In this document: positions 1 through 36,502 of the stretch, piece after piece
How positions within the stretch are numbered: position 1 is the first letter of the stretch
How the letters are laid out: each line of letters starts with the position of its first letter
Origin: Chrysomallon squamiferum
Taxonomy: Eukaryota > Animalia > Mollusca
Assembly: GCA_012295275.1 (NCBI GenBank)
Contig: CM022669.1
Location: forward strand, 16,616,001 to 16,680,000
Reading direction: 5' to 3'
DNA length: 64,000 nucleotides
The notes under the pieces: model-generated
Seen by the model: only the letters and a program-made list of their open reading frames with translations
Told to the model about the DNA's origin: nothing
Database searches by the model: none
Position numbers and translations under genes: made by a program

Positions 1-84
1 CAAAAAAAATTGTCGTCGATCATAGTTTTGAAAATCGTTTTTTTATATATATTTGCACTAAAATAATAATAATAATAATAATAA

Positions 85-115
<31 letters not shown>

Positions 116-177
116 AAGAAGAAGAAGAAGAAGAAAGAACGAAAGAAAGAAAGAAAATATAACAATTAGGAACTTAC

Positions 178-22235
<22,058 letters not shown>

Positions 22236-23991
22236 CGCCAAGAGAATTGTTTATCGGCGCCAAGTTAATCACGTTATTGCCCGGCTTTCAAATCTATTAA
22301 ACCATTCAGCTTCAGGCTGTCCCATAGCAAAACAAAACAAAAAAATAAAAGTAATGTTGTTAAACAAATAATAATAAATAAATAAAAAATCGGATGAGTC
22401 GACGTGTTGAGAGATCAGGAAACAATTATTATCCGGAGGAAATATAAGTGTGTTGGGTGTTCGACAAACTGAAATTTCTAACAACTCCGAAGTGTGTGTT
22501 TACTCCTTGTTCCGCTCACACGTTAACGATAATCGAACGCTGGCCGAAGCTGTTCACGCCAAAACAGCAAAGAAGTGTGGAAATCATGCTTAAACAGAAG
22601 GCAAAGCTTTCCAGTGGTCAAAAGAACAAACACACACACACACACAAAGCAATTAGAGCCACGAATACAATACAACAGAAGAACAGAAAAAAAAAGCTCG
22701 CGAGTGTGAAGTTATTGAATGAGCACAGTGTAGTAAGAACCTGTTGGCCGGCGGCTTAAGGCCTGTTTGTGTATATTTTTTTTTTTTTTTTAATTTCCCA
22801 TCACGATCGAGAGCCTGGACTTATTGACTGGTTTCAATACATAACGCTAAACCTATCGGCTTCCCGAACTAGCCACTCATCAGAAATGCGGAATATTTGC
22901 ACTCGGGTATCGATCGCCGGCAACAGTAGAGGTGGCTGGTCGAATTAATTTTCGTAAGAAATTTTTTTTTTTTTCTCCCCGCAAGGATCACACATCAGAG
23001 AAACTGCAATGGCTGAGTGGAGATAGACGATGTTGACGATGGAGTCAGTCAGACGTGAACTTCTTCTGTTAAATATGCCGGTTAATTATTGGACCGTGTC
23101 TAAATTTTTGTTACAGCGAGATTTGGACGCTGTTTTGTTAGCCTATAATACTGCATTCCGGGTAGAGCAAAACCGAATAATTACAAGGAATGTAAAATAA
23201 CGTTAAAAACCAGTTTCGTTCTTTTTATAATGTTCATTACAAGCTGTACAGTGAAATGTTTTTGCCTTCAGATTTTGCCAGTGTCTTCTCTTAATAACGA
23301 TGGACATAATTGTTTCCACAGGCTTGTAATAGAAATGTTTGATAATATGATTACCAAAACTATAACAGTTATGTTTATTGATTATTAAGAATTGCGTGCT
23401 TGTTTGTTACAAGCCATCCCTTTAAAACAAACAAATATAGCTGATCAAAGCATCATGAAAAACGATGAAATAAAAATGAATTATTTTCGGTTTGAATCCA
23501 AATAGCATTCAAAAGGACGCCATTAACTCTGGCTAGATAACTGTAAAGACGAAAAAAAAAAAAAAAAAAAAAGAAGAAGAAGAAGATTATATCTCGATAT
23601 AAAAACAAATACAAAACACAAAACTCTTGGCTCGCAAAAAAATAGAGCAGAATTCACTGAATAAATGATAGCTTGTTAACATAATGACAGTATTAAACGG
23701 AATATTTATCGGGAATTCATTCCATGAGGCTTTCTTAATTAGACAGAATGAATTCAGAGAAACAAGAGCATTATTCTTCATGATGTAGCACCACTGAGAC
23801 TATGGTAGCGATAATCAACCTTGAAAATTTATTATTAGGTTAATGTTTCAACTGGTATTGAAATACTAGCATAATCTTTCTGCCGCTAGACTTAGAAAGT
23901 ATACGAAAATAAACTTTATTATTGTTATTACTACTAGTACTACTACTACCTACTACTACTGCTGCTACTACTACTACCTCTATTATTGTTA

Positions 23992-24035
<44 letters not shown>

Positions 24036-25313
24036 TCTAAATATATAAATTTTAAAATGTCAAATGTCAGATAATTAGTTGTTCATAATTATAAGAGCAT
24101 TTATTCATTTATTTTTATTTATTTATTTATCACCATCTGCTTATTTAATTTTTCTAATGTTTTCCCCCAGAATAATCAAATTTATTTAGCTTTCAAAACA
24201 AAGAGAGCATTCATCCCGTTTCTGAAAGTTTAAATAATTTCCCTGTGTTCATTTCGTTATTTTTGTCATAAATCATTTACAATGCAGATGACATTCTAAT
24301 TTCCATTAACCGAACATTTTCGGTAACATAAGGGTTTTTATTCATTTTATTGACAAATAGTTTATTTAAACTATAAGGTCTGGTTAATGTACTTGAAGAA
24401 TAAACAGCAGATTCAATATCAAAGTTAATTATTCGTTTATTCCTGCTGTTATGTAAACAAAGTGGAGGGAGTGGGGTGGGGGGAGTATCGTTAGCTGAAG
24501 AAGAAAAAAAAAGAAAATCGTAATTATTTAATATCGACATCGATATGACTTTACGTCATTTGGCAGAGTACGGCTGTTGTTAAAGCCAGGCCACTGACGT
24601 CGTGTATGTGTGCGTGCGTGTGTGTGTGTGTGGTGTGTACGTGCGTGTGCATGTGTGTGTGTATGCGCGAGTGTGTTTGTGCGCGCGTATACGTGTGTCC
24701 GTGAGTGTACCATTCAAAAAAAAAAAAAAAAAAAAAATATTTGTATGATTGAAGTGGTCTAATAAGATGTTTGATAAAACTAAAAAATAAGAGTATGAGA
24801 AAATAATATATTTCTAAAATACGTTATAATTACATAGCGAAATAATAAACAAGTGCAGGCATTCTATTACTCAGGGTAGTCGATGAAAATTACAGGGACA
24901 CTGCATTCCATAATGCTGTGCCAAGGACTGACAATGATTTCAGAAGAAAAAAAACTGCACTGTATTATTTGATCTGCCAGTTTACCTATTTATCGGAGGT
25001 TGTGTAGGAATTTTCTGGAGAATGGGCCATTATGGGGTACTAATGCTGGAGGTTCTCTCTTTTTATTTTTATTTTGTGTTCGTGTGTGCGTGTGTTAAAA
25101 CACCATCAGTAATATAAAATTTAAATGACGAAATTCTGACAATGGTTCCTGTCTGGTAAAATTAGTTTATTTTCAAGGGAAGGAGTCAAATATCAGTTTT
25201 AGGCCAAGGGCATGTGATATCTTTATTAACAGCGTAGTATAATACAATTACATATTTTACCTTTTCTTTCTTCAAATGAGAAGATAACAGTACATTAATA
25301 ATAATAGATAACT

Positions 25314-25389
<76 letters not shown>

Positions 25390-26968
25390 CGATAAAATTC
25401 AGAAATCATAAAATAAAAGAGTAACAGTCAGAGAAGTTATTTCTGTTCACGTCTCAAATTTTCATTCAGCTAAAATATGAAGCGATTTACCAGAATGTGT
25501 CTGTTTCCCAAGGCTGCTCCTCATACAGCGTATTTCTAACGTAAACACCATCAAAAGTCGTTAAAGATTTAACGATAACGATTCCGTCTAAAGCCCCAGT
25601 ACTTCTAACTCGACCTACTTACTGTTTGATTTACAATTACCAGCTAATAACGTGTATGTTTTAATACCTTACTTGTTACGTAGTTCCTGCTGTGTTTACC
25701 ACGGTGCGGTCGATACGTTAGCGGTTGGTTGCACGATCGATTCTCGTCAATGCCCCAACCAAATTTTTTTGTCTGTTTTATTAAATTTTCAGTCTATGAA
25801 CATTTTTATAGAAATTTTGGGGCTTGTTGATAGTCTTCGAAATGGTGGCAGTATTTATTTTACTTGGAATTTAAATGGCACTAGCTGCATAACAATTTGA
25901 CTACCACTATTATGTACAGTTACTTGGATATTACTATATATATATATATAGTTATTTTCATTAAAACCTATAAACACTATCAAAACACCGGTAGTTATTA
26001 ATATGAATCATGAATTTATTTTGGCTAAGAAATTTGGAAAGGGAAATATAAATAAAAATAAGAAACAAACAATAATAATAAATAAATAAATAAATAAATA
26101 AATATAGGATAGGATATAAATATGTACATAGCTAAATAAAGTTTAAGAACAAAGTGAAATAATGTACAACAGACACATCAAATGTAAATATTACATTCTC
26201 TTTAATGATATAAAGATTCGAAAATTGACTAAAAATAATAAAATCTCAAAAGAATTAGAGTATATAATTAATGAAAGAAAGAAAAAGAAAGAAAGAAAGA
26301 AAAGAAGAAAAATACTAAACAGTAACTATTGTATCAACAAAACAAAAAAAAGATTTAACATCCTTTTATTTTTGAACAGTGTATAATTATTTTATTATTA
26401 CTACTATTTTTAAATTATACATTTTTTTCTTTCATTATTTGATTTGTTAGTTTAATACAATTTATTCATCATAGAGCCATTTATTTAATTTCTAAGAACA
26501 AACGTTTTGTTCTTTCTTAAATTAATGGTATAAAGATTCAGAAAATAATACATATATAAAAAAGAACACCATTGCCTACTGTTATGTAAATAATTGTAAA
26601 AAAGCAATAAATATAAATATTAAATAAATAAATACATAAATAATAAAAAAATATAATAATAAAATGATCATTGATTAGTGACCTTATTACAGCCAATGCA
26701 GCCATCCACTAGCAGGGAAAGGTTAAAAGTTAAAAACATCTGTCCAGCATTTGTGACCAGAAGCTAGCCATGGATCTGAATAGAGAGATCAATCATTCTT
26801 TGATTTGTTAATATGTATCAACATACACCTTCCTTGTTTCCTTCAAAGCTTATTAATCCAGCAGTCTGTCAGAGATTAGGATTTTATTTAACACTTGGAA
26901 TTTTGAAAATGTTAATCACTATTCAGTATATATAAAGTATTTTTAATTTTGTTGTTGTTTTGAACGTG

Positions 26969-27123
26969 TTAATGTTGTGTTGTGGCAGTCAGAACATCCA
27001 CTCCTGACTCTGTGATGAGGACAGTGTGTTCAAACTGGGCAGCTCGGCTGTTGTCAGTAGTAACAGCCGTCCAGCCATCCCTGAGAATCTTAATGTCCGT
27101 GGCACCTTCGCTGATAACTGGTT
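26969..27123 (-). CDS. METAP1D: METAP1D terminal exon (EPVISEG...DGWTAVT...[21 protein letters not shown])
   Basis: 155 nt including the stop codon. Confidence 0.95.
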
Positions 27124-29057
27124 CTGAAAATGTGAAATAAGAATGGAGATTATTTTAAAACTGAAATTACAACAGTTTGCTATATAATCAAATTAGTTTC
27201 AAATGTGGGATAAGGACTCTGTGGGTATATGTTTGTGTGTGTGGTAAAATATTTCTGTTTCATTGTGTATGTGTTTATATCTTCTTTTTTTTAAAAAGAT
27301 ATTTGGGCCTGTCTATCTGTTAGTAGGTGTTAATTTAAAAAAAAAAAAATAATAATGTTCTTCTGAATATATATGTAGTCTTAAATATATTATTATGATT
27401 TCAATGTTTCCTTAATTAAAAACAATCAAACAAGATACGTGAAAAAATATGGAAAACTACACTTTATTTATTAATTTATAATATACTATTATCGATGTCA
27501 AAATTAATTATATATTTAGTGCATGAATCACAATCAAAACTGACAAAATTATCACAAATAATAAAAATGATGATGGTTGTTATTATTATTATTTTTTAGA
27601 TTTACCTATTGTGAAAGTTATGCCTGGCTCCATACATTCATTATCTTCATAAGCTGAGGGGAAAAATATTAAAAATATTAAAATACTAAAATATTAAACA
27701 TCAAGACATTAAATAAATAATAAATAAATAAATAAATAAACAAAAAAAAAAAAAAAAAAAAAAAAATTATAATAATAATATATTAAGACTGAATTACTTT
27801 TGTTGCATTTGACAGACATACATTTTTATTTTTATTTTTATTTTCCATTTTGATTATTATTCAGTGTGTCTAGTAATCAAAGTTTTTTTTCTTCTTTTGA
27901 TGAATTTTCTGATCTGGGTTCACTGCTAGATTAAGCATAACCTTTTCTTTTCTGCTTAGGAACTTAGCAAAACTGATTCATTACTGCACCTGTATTAACA
28001 TTAAAATATTCATTGCGTTTATCAGTGAATGACACTAAATATGACTGTTTTAGAAGTTGTATTAAGTCAGACACGGTGATATTAATTAATAATACTTCTA
28101 GAAACATTAATATATATGATACTGACCCAACCAGCTGTAAACTAAATAATATGCACATTCATATCCTAGAATAAACTAAATTCCTACCTATGTGGAATAT
28201 ATCTGGTGGCCCATGAAAATATCTTCCAATACCGTGTCCACAAAACACTGGTATGACAGAAAAACCAAACATCTCTGCAGTTTCACTGCAAAATCAAAAA
28301 AATAATATTAAACTACTGCATGCCTGAACAATATAGGACATGAGTTATTTTAATAAATATTTCTTGCTAAATAAATTCATTTAAATTCACTGACATAAAG
28401 ACACGCACATGCACAAATATAGCAACACTGTCAAGGGAGATAACTCAGGCTCCTGGATTATGGTTTCATGACCAAATTTTCACCACAAACAAGTATAGTA
28501 ATACTTTTCATACCCATACAAATACCATGACATAGCTTAGTTGTTAGAATGTGTGTTTGTATAGAGACTGGCTGCAAGATAAATAGTTCTCTATGTTTGA
28601 AATGTCTTGTTAGTCATTATTTACAGTTCCTCTACTTTACAGTGATGTTAATACTGCCATAGCATGACCAGTATAAAAATAACTTGAGAATTCATTATTA
28701 CTACCTTATTGCTTTTCCAATATCACAAAATCTTGCTCCTGGATGACAAGCTTCTATCCCAGCATCCCTGCACTTCCTGGCTGTGTCAACCAATCGACAG
28801 CCTTCTTCGTTGACTGAACCAATGAGAAATGTTTCCGATACATCTCCATGGAAACCTTGATAAAAAACCTGAATAAGTTGAAAACAGTGTTACCTTATTA
28901 AAAATAGACTGTGTCAGGCAGTAGAAAGGTTGCTATGTGAATATGCACTTGTTTGAAAAAATTAGACATCCAGTTTGCTTTATCGGTGAAATTGTTACTG
29001 GCTAATAAAGAAAAAAAAACAAAGTTTAAAAAGATTAAAAAAAAAAATAAAAATAAC

Positions 29058-29119
<62 letters not shown>

Positions 29120-31641
29120 TAATAATTTTTTAAATATATAAATATTAAATAAATAAATAAAAAACAAAAAGAACACCATGCTTACTGTTATGTCAATATT
29201 TATAATATCACCATCTTCAAGTTTCTGGTCATCAGGAATGCCATGACATGCCACATTGTTGACAGACGTACACACAGACTTACAGAAACCTCTGTACAAC
29301 AGTGGGGACGGATAGGCATTGTTCTTCAAACACATCTCATGAACCAGCTCATCAATTTCATCAGTTGTCATGCCAACCTGAAAAGTAAAAAAAATATATA
29401 GACATCTTAAATTGTGGTTTCTGTATTAATCAAGTATTTAAGTTTTAACGTATCTTTTTCGTTACTGATAAATACATAAAATAGTTTCTTAATTATTTTT
29501 ATCAGTTTTAATTGTTATTCTTTATATTAAACTAAATGGGAAATGATTGTAGCAAATTGTATGTCAGACTAGATGAGTTCAACATCTTAACACCTCATTT
29601 CTCGTAACAAGTTATTTGATATTTCCATTTTCAGCTGTTGAATTGTAACTGATTATAGTAGGTGTCTCTCTGTGACAGATGGTGTATACAAGACTTTTTG
29701 CTCTAGCAGAAAAAGCAGTGGGTTTCGTCTCATTATTTATCTCATGATAGATAATACCTATATCGTACGATGAGATGGAGTGAAATAAAAATTTATTAAT
29801 TTTCATCCTAAATTCTGAATCTGATTAAGAAACTAAAATTCAGTAAAAAAATAAACTTTAAAAATAAATCATGCCTTTACAACAGTAATTAAAAAGAAAT
29901 AGTTTTAAATGATAGTTGTTTGGAAGACTTACTCTAAGATTCTGTCCTGCATAGTCCAAGACTTTTCTTGCCAAAGAACAAGCAGCCCTCATTCCAGCAA
30001 TCTGATCTTCAGACTTGATTTCAACAGCATTCAGTTTCTCATACCCAGCCTCACTGGTTGCGTAGGGTGGTTTAGCAATGTGGTCTGGTATGGTACGAAC
30101 CAGAGAAACATTCCCTGGCTTAACAATCCTGTATGCAGGTTCATATTGATGGCAAAGTCTTCTCAAAGATTTTATGTTCAACGGGTGACGATTCTCACAT
30201 AAGGCTGAGAATTTACTCCGGCCAAGAACATGCAGATATCGACAGTTGCCATGGAAACTGGCTGCCTCAGACAACTGCAGTTTTAAACCTGACCATAAAC
30301 TGTATGTCAAATCTGTTGGAAAATAGAATTATAACTATTATTTCATTATTTGTATTAATGGTTGTTTAATTTCAGTTTATGTTAGTGGGAAGTAAAATAT
30401 AAAATTGGTATTAATTTAAATATTTGTACCTTATCATTTGTTTAATTTCAGTTTATATTATTATGGAGTAATTAAAATTCTCCACAATAGATGTTTCTCA
30501 TGAATTTTATTACACTGAAGATAAATAACACACAAAAGTGGAGTTTGAACAAAGTGTACCAGACTTCCCTGTCAGTCAGTTAATCCTTTTAAAACACCCA
30601 TTCCTTCTAAAGATTCATACAGTTCTATTTTGAGTGGTTTTCCCAAAGTAATGTCAAAGATGGAATAATGGAGGCTTACTGAATCATATTTAAAAGAAAG
30701 GCTGAATAGTTGTAAGTAACCCAAATTAGCCCTGAACCTACTCATTCTTACAAACAGCTTCAGTCTTAAATTAAATGCAGTAAGACACAAACCTCTTCTT
30801 TTGTTTGGGGGTGTGTGTATTTTTTGTTTGTTTTTCCCCCCACTTTTTATTTTTATTTGTTTAAATAACAATAATGAAAAAGACTGCAAATATTTCTTAA
30901 CAACAAAATGCATATTTAATTATTCACTTTCCTTTTTCTTTTTTCTCCTTATTTTTTTCCTATCTTTTCTTTTCTTTTTAAACAAATAATAAATAAATTT
31001 AAAAAAAACGAATTATACCTGGGCTAACATTTTCTTATTGTACAATTAATCTAGAATAAAGGAAATTTAATTACTGCTGCTGACAACCACTTATGCAGAA
31101 AAATATTAGAGGGGATAGAAATGTTTCTTCTGGAAATAGAATAATTAAATGTATATTTAGATTAAAAAAATATATTAAAAAAAATTAAATTCAAAGCCAT
31201 TAATTTGTATTCTACAAAGTATTTAAGTAAAATGAATTTTAATAATAATTAATTTTTATGAAAATTAAATGCTTTAAAATTAATAATTTTTTTTTTGTTC
31301 TTTTTATTATTATCCAAAGAAAAAAAAAATAAACAAATAAATAATTAAAAAAAAAAAAAAAAAAAATAAAAATAAAAAATAAAAAAATAAAAACAATAAT
31401 AAATTATTGTTGATTCAGTCTTTTAGTATATTTTGTTCAAATCAGTGTGATACAATTTCATGATAACATTTTAATGTTTTTAGTGTTGCCATTATATGGC
31501 AAAGAAATTTTTAAGAGAAATCGAACTAATATTTAAGCTATATCTTAAAAAATACATAAATGACAAATCAAGAATTGAATTAAACGTAAAGAATAAAACA
31601 AAATCTCAGAGCCACTTACAAGTTGTCAGCTTCACGTTCAT
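26969..31641 (-). CDS. METAP1D: Methionine aminopeptidase 1D, mitochondrial (complete, 7 exons, 352 aa)
   Basis: Exons 31641-31620, 30312-29933, 29377-29186, 28868-28705, 28285-28188, 27653-27606, 27123-26969, all GT-AG and phase-consistent (1059 nt). Motifs [58 protein letters not shown] supply all five metal ligands. No N-terminal zinc fingers and a basic N-terminal extension favour 1D over METAP1. Confidence 0.95.
27606..27653 (-). CDS. METAP1D: METAP1D exon 6 ([15 protein letters not shown])
   Basis: 48 nt, cag/gtaaa. Confidence 0.93.
28188..28285 (-). CDS. METAP1D: METAP1D exon 5 ([18 protein letters not shown])
   Basis: 98 nt, cag/gtagg. Confidence 0.95.
28705..28868 (-). CDS. METAP1D: METAP1D exon 4 ([14 protein letters not shown]...DIGKAI)
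   Basis: 164 nt, cag/gtagt. Confidence 0.95.
29186..29377 (-). CDS. METAP1D: METAP1D exon 3 (VGMTTDEID...GDIINIDIT)
   Basis: 192 nt, cag/gtaag. Confidence 0.97.
29933..30312 (-). CDS. METAP1D: METAP1D exon 2 (targeting region, [11 protein letters not shown]...[14 protein letters not shown])
   Basis: 380 nt, cag/gtaagt. Confidence 0.92.
31620..31641 (-). CDS. METAP1D: METAP1D exon 1 (MNVKLTT)
   Basis: gcggccATG with an upstream in-frame stop; donor T|GTAAGT; phase 1 matches exon 2. Confidence 0.7.
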
Positions 31642-32640
31642 GGCCGCTTATGATATATAGTATTAATTATAGATGCTTTTATTTTCCATTTGCTTGAATC
31701 TGCACATCTTATTTTAATTATTGCCGCATAATCTGTGATGAATATATATTTTACACTTCTGGCAAACATTAAACATAAAGAAATTTGTTTTGTCAAAGTT
31801 GTAAGGAACCCCCGGGTTCATAGGCTTCTATTTGATTGACACGTCTGAGTAACGTTTGTAACAACAATATTTCACACCGACATATTTTTATTTTGATAAT
31901 TGTCTTTACTGCGAAATCATATTAGTAGCTGTAATAATGTATGTAAAATTGTTTTATACGGCTATATTATTTACTGAACATTTATTTTTTACTGACGAAA
32001 GTGAACATTATTTAAAAGGAGAAAATACAGTCAAGCCTCTCATTATACTGCCGACATTGGTGCTCTACTGATTTTGAAGTTCTAATGAGTTACTTATACG
32101 AACAAAATCTCAGTACTGATTAAAAAAATTAATGAATGAATGAATAAATAAATAAACGTACCCCAAAGCTTGTCCTTAGAGAATAACAGGGGGACATTTT
32201 TTAATACTGTTCAGTTACAGACACCTTTATTTGGATCGTTCACTAAGTTTTAGCGGTGATTTGAAGAAAAATATGCTAATAATTAAACATTTTCATTCGC
32301 TCTCTTTTTGGCATTCACTCCCACCCCTATTAAATGCATGATACATATTTGTTTTTGAAGTCAGTGATATCAGGAATTCTATACGAGATCAAAGGCAGGG
32401 GGTGGCGAAGGAGGGACGATTGAACGAAGTAAATGTATGTGTATTTAAATGCATACTTATGATACTATCGATCGGTGCTCAGAATATTTTATTTTATTTA
32501 TTTATTTATTTGTTTGTTTGTTTGTTTGTTTGTTTGTTGCCAACAAACGGGAGCGTTTTGAAAAAGGTTTCACTATATTATAAGTAACTTTACTCTGTCG
32601 GAATTATCATTAGTTGCATACAAATGTACAAATGAGGTAG
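31642..32640. promoter_or_regulatory. Divergent (head-to-head) promoter region between METAP1D and Canopy, with a possible non-coding Canopy exon ending at 32636
   Basis: The genes diverge here. The Canopy ATG directly follows an acceptor, so a 5'UTR exon is required; candidate donor GAG|GTAGGT at 32636/32637. Confidence 0.55.
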
Positions 32641-32718
32641 GTGAATAATGACTAAATCATTTTCTTATAGAAATATTTTTCTTTTTTTCGAAGAACTAAA
32701 AGGGTCAAATATCTGAGC

Positions 32719-32758
<40 letters not shown>

Positions 32759-33118
32759 ATCTATTTGGCTTGCTGATTGGACATACGCTGTAATATGTTA
32801 ACACAATGGTTAAATACATTATAACCATTAAAGGACCGGTGATCTGTTTGAAATGAGGTTTATCCACATCACTAGTAAGAATGAGTAGAAATATGAAAGC
32901 AAGCAATTTAATTTATATATCAAAATTAATATAAAAATACAAGTATGTCTGAGTGTGTGTGTGTTTATGTGTATATGTATGTGGGTATGTGCGTTTGTTA
33001 AATAAACACAAACACATACGCTGATATCTCACAATTTTTGGTTTTTTAACTTTTATATATATATATACACACATATATATAATATTATATATACATATAT
33101 ATATATATATATACATAC

Positions 33119-33163
<45 letters not shown>

Positions 33164-33489
33164 TACATATATATAAATGCACCATACCCACATATAACTA
33201 CATAAAGATGTTCTTGAACGTTTTTAGATGTTAATAGGGCATTTATTTTGATTTATTATCATGCAAGACCTGTTACATGTCTGTCACAACCAAATACATG
33301 TCATGAAAATATGACTAGGTGTGGTAATATTATTGATTTGAAATGTTTTTTTACATCCCTGTAATTCATGCATTTGTTTTTAAGGTGCAAATCAAATAGG
33401 TATACCTCTGTGTATATTATATGTAGCTGCTGATGTATGTACGTATGTATGTGTGCATAGCTGCTCATAATTACCATTTTTAATTTCAG

Positions 33490-33574
33490 ATGGATTCATT
33501 AAGATTTTTGCTTTATTTTGGATCCCTTGTCTTTTTGACAGAAGAGAAGACAGATAAAGAACAATACTGTACAG
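33490..33574 (+). CDS. Canopy exon ([28 protein letters not shown])
   Basis: tttcag|ATG, donor G|GTTGAG, signal-peptide-like stretch and first Cys. Confidence 0.85.
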
Positions 33575-34663
33575 GTTGAGTTCAGTCTTTTAAATATTTT
33601 ATAAATATCTAATATCATACCGACATCCAGAGAGGCCTGTATTTATTGTTAATATTAATATTCTTATTTTTAGTAATATTAACAATTAGTAATAAGTAAG
33701 CAAATAAATACAGCACTCATTATAATTATTGCATCCATTGATATTTGTTAATGAAAATGATTTGGATACAACACTGAAATAACTACATTTTTTTTTCTTT
33801 TTATGCAGTCTGATATTGGTTAAAAATAATATCTCTGGTGATGTATTATCATTTCACATATGTAACATTGAACTTAAAAGAAAATGTATTCATTTACTAA
33901 GCAAATGTAGAGGAAACAAAATAGAAATAAAACAACACACATACATACAGAGATATACTCACACACTCAGGTATGTCATATACAGTTTCAATTATTTCTT
34001 ATCAGTTTTGATTTAAAATATTAATAATTAAGGTTTGACTTATTCCAAAAGAGGTAAAAAAAAAAAAAAAATATATAAAAAAAAAAAAAAAAAAATATCC
34101 TCAAAAACTAATAACATTCTACTATGAACATTATCAATAATAATTAATTTTAAAGAAATGTTAATTAATAATTTCTCATATTTGTATATTGCAAGTTACT
34201 TTACTGTTATTCATGAATAACATTTCTCAGTGGTTATGGTATAAGTCAGTTATGCATAATTACTGCAAATATAAACACATTCCTCACATTCTGTTCCAGC
34301 ATTATACAAATATCATATCTAGTTATCTGTCTATCTCTCCTTACATGTATATGCATATACATTCCAGGCATTTAAAACTGATTTATCCAGATAAATATTC
34401 AGCTGCCTCTTATCTAAACACCCACAAACATTCAAAATAAAAAAAAACAAACAAACAAACAAAAAACAACAACAACAACAAAAAAAAACTAAAAATATAT
34501 TTAGATGATTGAAATCTAACTGACAATTAAAATATCCACAGATAATTATATGATATATATATATCTATATCACACACATACACACACATACATACAAATA
34601 TACATACACACATACATACATACATATATATATATATAAATACACACACACATACATACAAAT

Positions 34664-34702
<39 letters not shown>

Positions 34703-35382
34703 CAAACTTATATATATATATATATACATACATACATACATATGTATGTATCATTCAGTAATATATATGTGAATAGAACATACAAACATCTTCTCTGGCA
34801 GTGTGTCGTATAATCATTGATGAGTTGACATGGGATATAAATAGCATTTCCCCAAATCGGAAAATTCAGGTTGGAAATTATGTCTTTGGTGTTAAGAATG
34901 CACAGACAGAACATACGGTATGAACATATGGTACTTAGTTATGTAAGTTGGATTGTATTATTATAAGCCAACTTTTCTTTTATGTATATATATATATATT
35001 TTTTTTTAAATAATAATAATTTTAATGATGATGATGATGATGATGATTTATAAACACAAATAAAATAAAAATTAAAGTTGAAATTGAAATTGCTCATTGT
35101 TCTGTTTCTAGACATCCTTATGAATTTGTTTTATTATGTCTTTGTTTCTTGTTAGCAAAACTTAATTTTGAGAAACAGTTAAAACAAATAAAACAGATGT
35201 AAATAAAATGTTTCTAGGTGTTTTAGTGATCATCACAAGTAAAAATGTTATTATTATTGTTTATATTTTATTATTATTATTAGTAGCAGTAGTAGTAGTA
35301 GTAGAAGTAATAGCAGTAGTAATAGCAGTAATAATAGCAGTAGTAGGATCATTGTTATTATTTTTTTAATTATTATTATTAC

Positions 35383-35427
<45 letters not shown>

Positions 35428-36383
35428 CATTATTATTAAACATAAAAGTATTCTTATAACACCATCCTACTTTATTATTAGCAAAGTTGTTAATCAGAAA
35501 CTTCGTACTTCAGAAGCATACTTTGTGTATTTTGGCTGTTTAATACTATTCACTCTGTCTCACATAAGGTTAACTATTTATCTCGCTGGGTGGCAGGTTC
35601 CCTATGCTACATCCGATGTTTATATTGCTGAACTGATGGAAAATGTGTGCAAGAAAATGGGCAGGTATTCTGAAACAAACATAAACGGGAAGAAACAGAT
35701 AATTCGTACGTATGCAAGGAAGGGGAAGGTGTTGTCGCTTGGAAAGGTCAGTCTGGACATGCAATGGCACAACACACTCAAGTATTACGTAAGTGGTTTA
35801 CGTGATGGTGGACATTCTGTACAATTGTCATGGCAAGGCATATCTGTCTATTTGTCTGTCTGTATATATCTATCCATCTGCCTGTCTGTATATTTGTCTG
35901 TTTAGCTAACTGAATCTGTATAGCTATCTGTCTGTCTGTCTGTCTCTCTGTATACATATATCTGTTCATTTTGAAATGCTTTAATATTACACAAGAACAA
36001 TTTGGATCTGGTACATTTGCATACATATTCACACAATGCAGACTTTAATGTATGAAATGTTTATGGGATGTCCTATCCTGTCTCCTGATTTGAATATTTC
36101 CCATTCAAGTCAGGGTTTTAGCTGATTATTTAAACAGAGCATGTTATCTATTTGATTTGGGTATTGTCCTGTGCATGCACTGTAAAAACTCAGATTAAGT
36201 GTTCTGTAAGGATAAGTCTCTTTTCTTTTTGCCTTGTTATTTTATTTTTATTCTCCTCTTCCTTTTTTTTCTTATTGTTATTATTATTATCATTCATCAC
36301 TAATTTATCATTGTCATTATCAATATTATCTTTATTATCATCATTTTTATTACCATTATTATTATTACTGTTATTTATTTATT

Positions 36384-36469
<86 letters not shown>

Positions 36470-36471
36470 TT

Positions 36472-36502
<31 letters not shown>

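Noticed and set aside
33781-33970. Strong acceptor at 33808 giving C-T-V-TGA (possible selenocysteine CxxU in Canopy)
   Set aside because: The downstream frame has no Canopy similarity and soon stops; the real CxxC exon is at 34802-34917.
33575-35596. Apparent missing Canopy exon or pseudogene
   Set aside because: The 116-nt exon is present but is not in the ORF track; the reading frame is intact.
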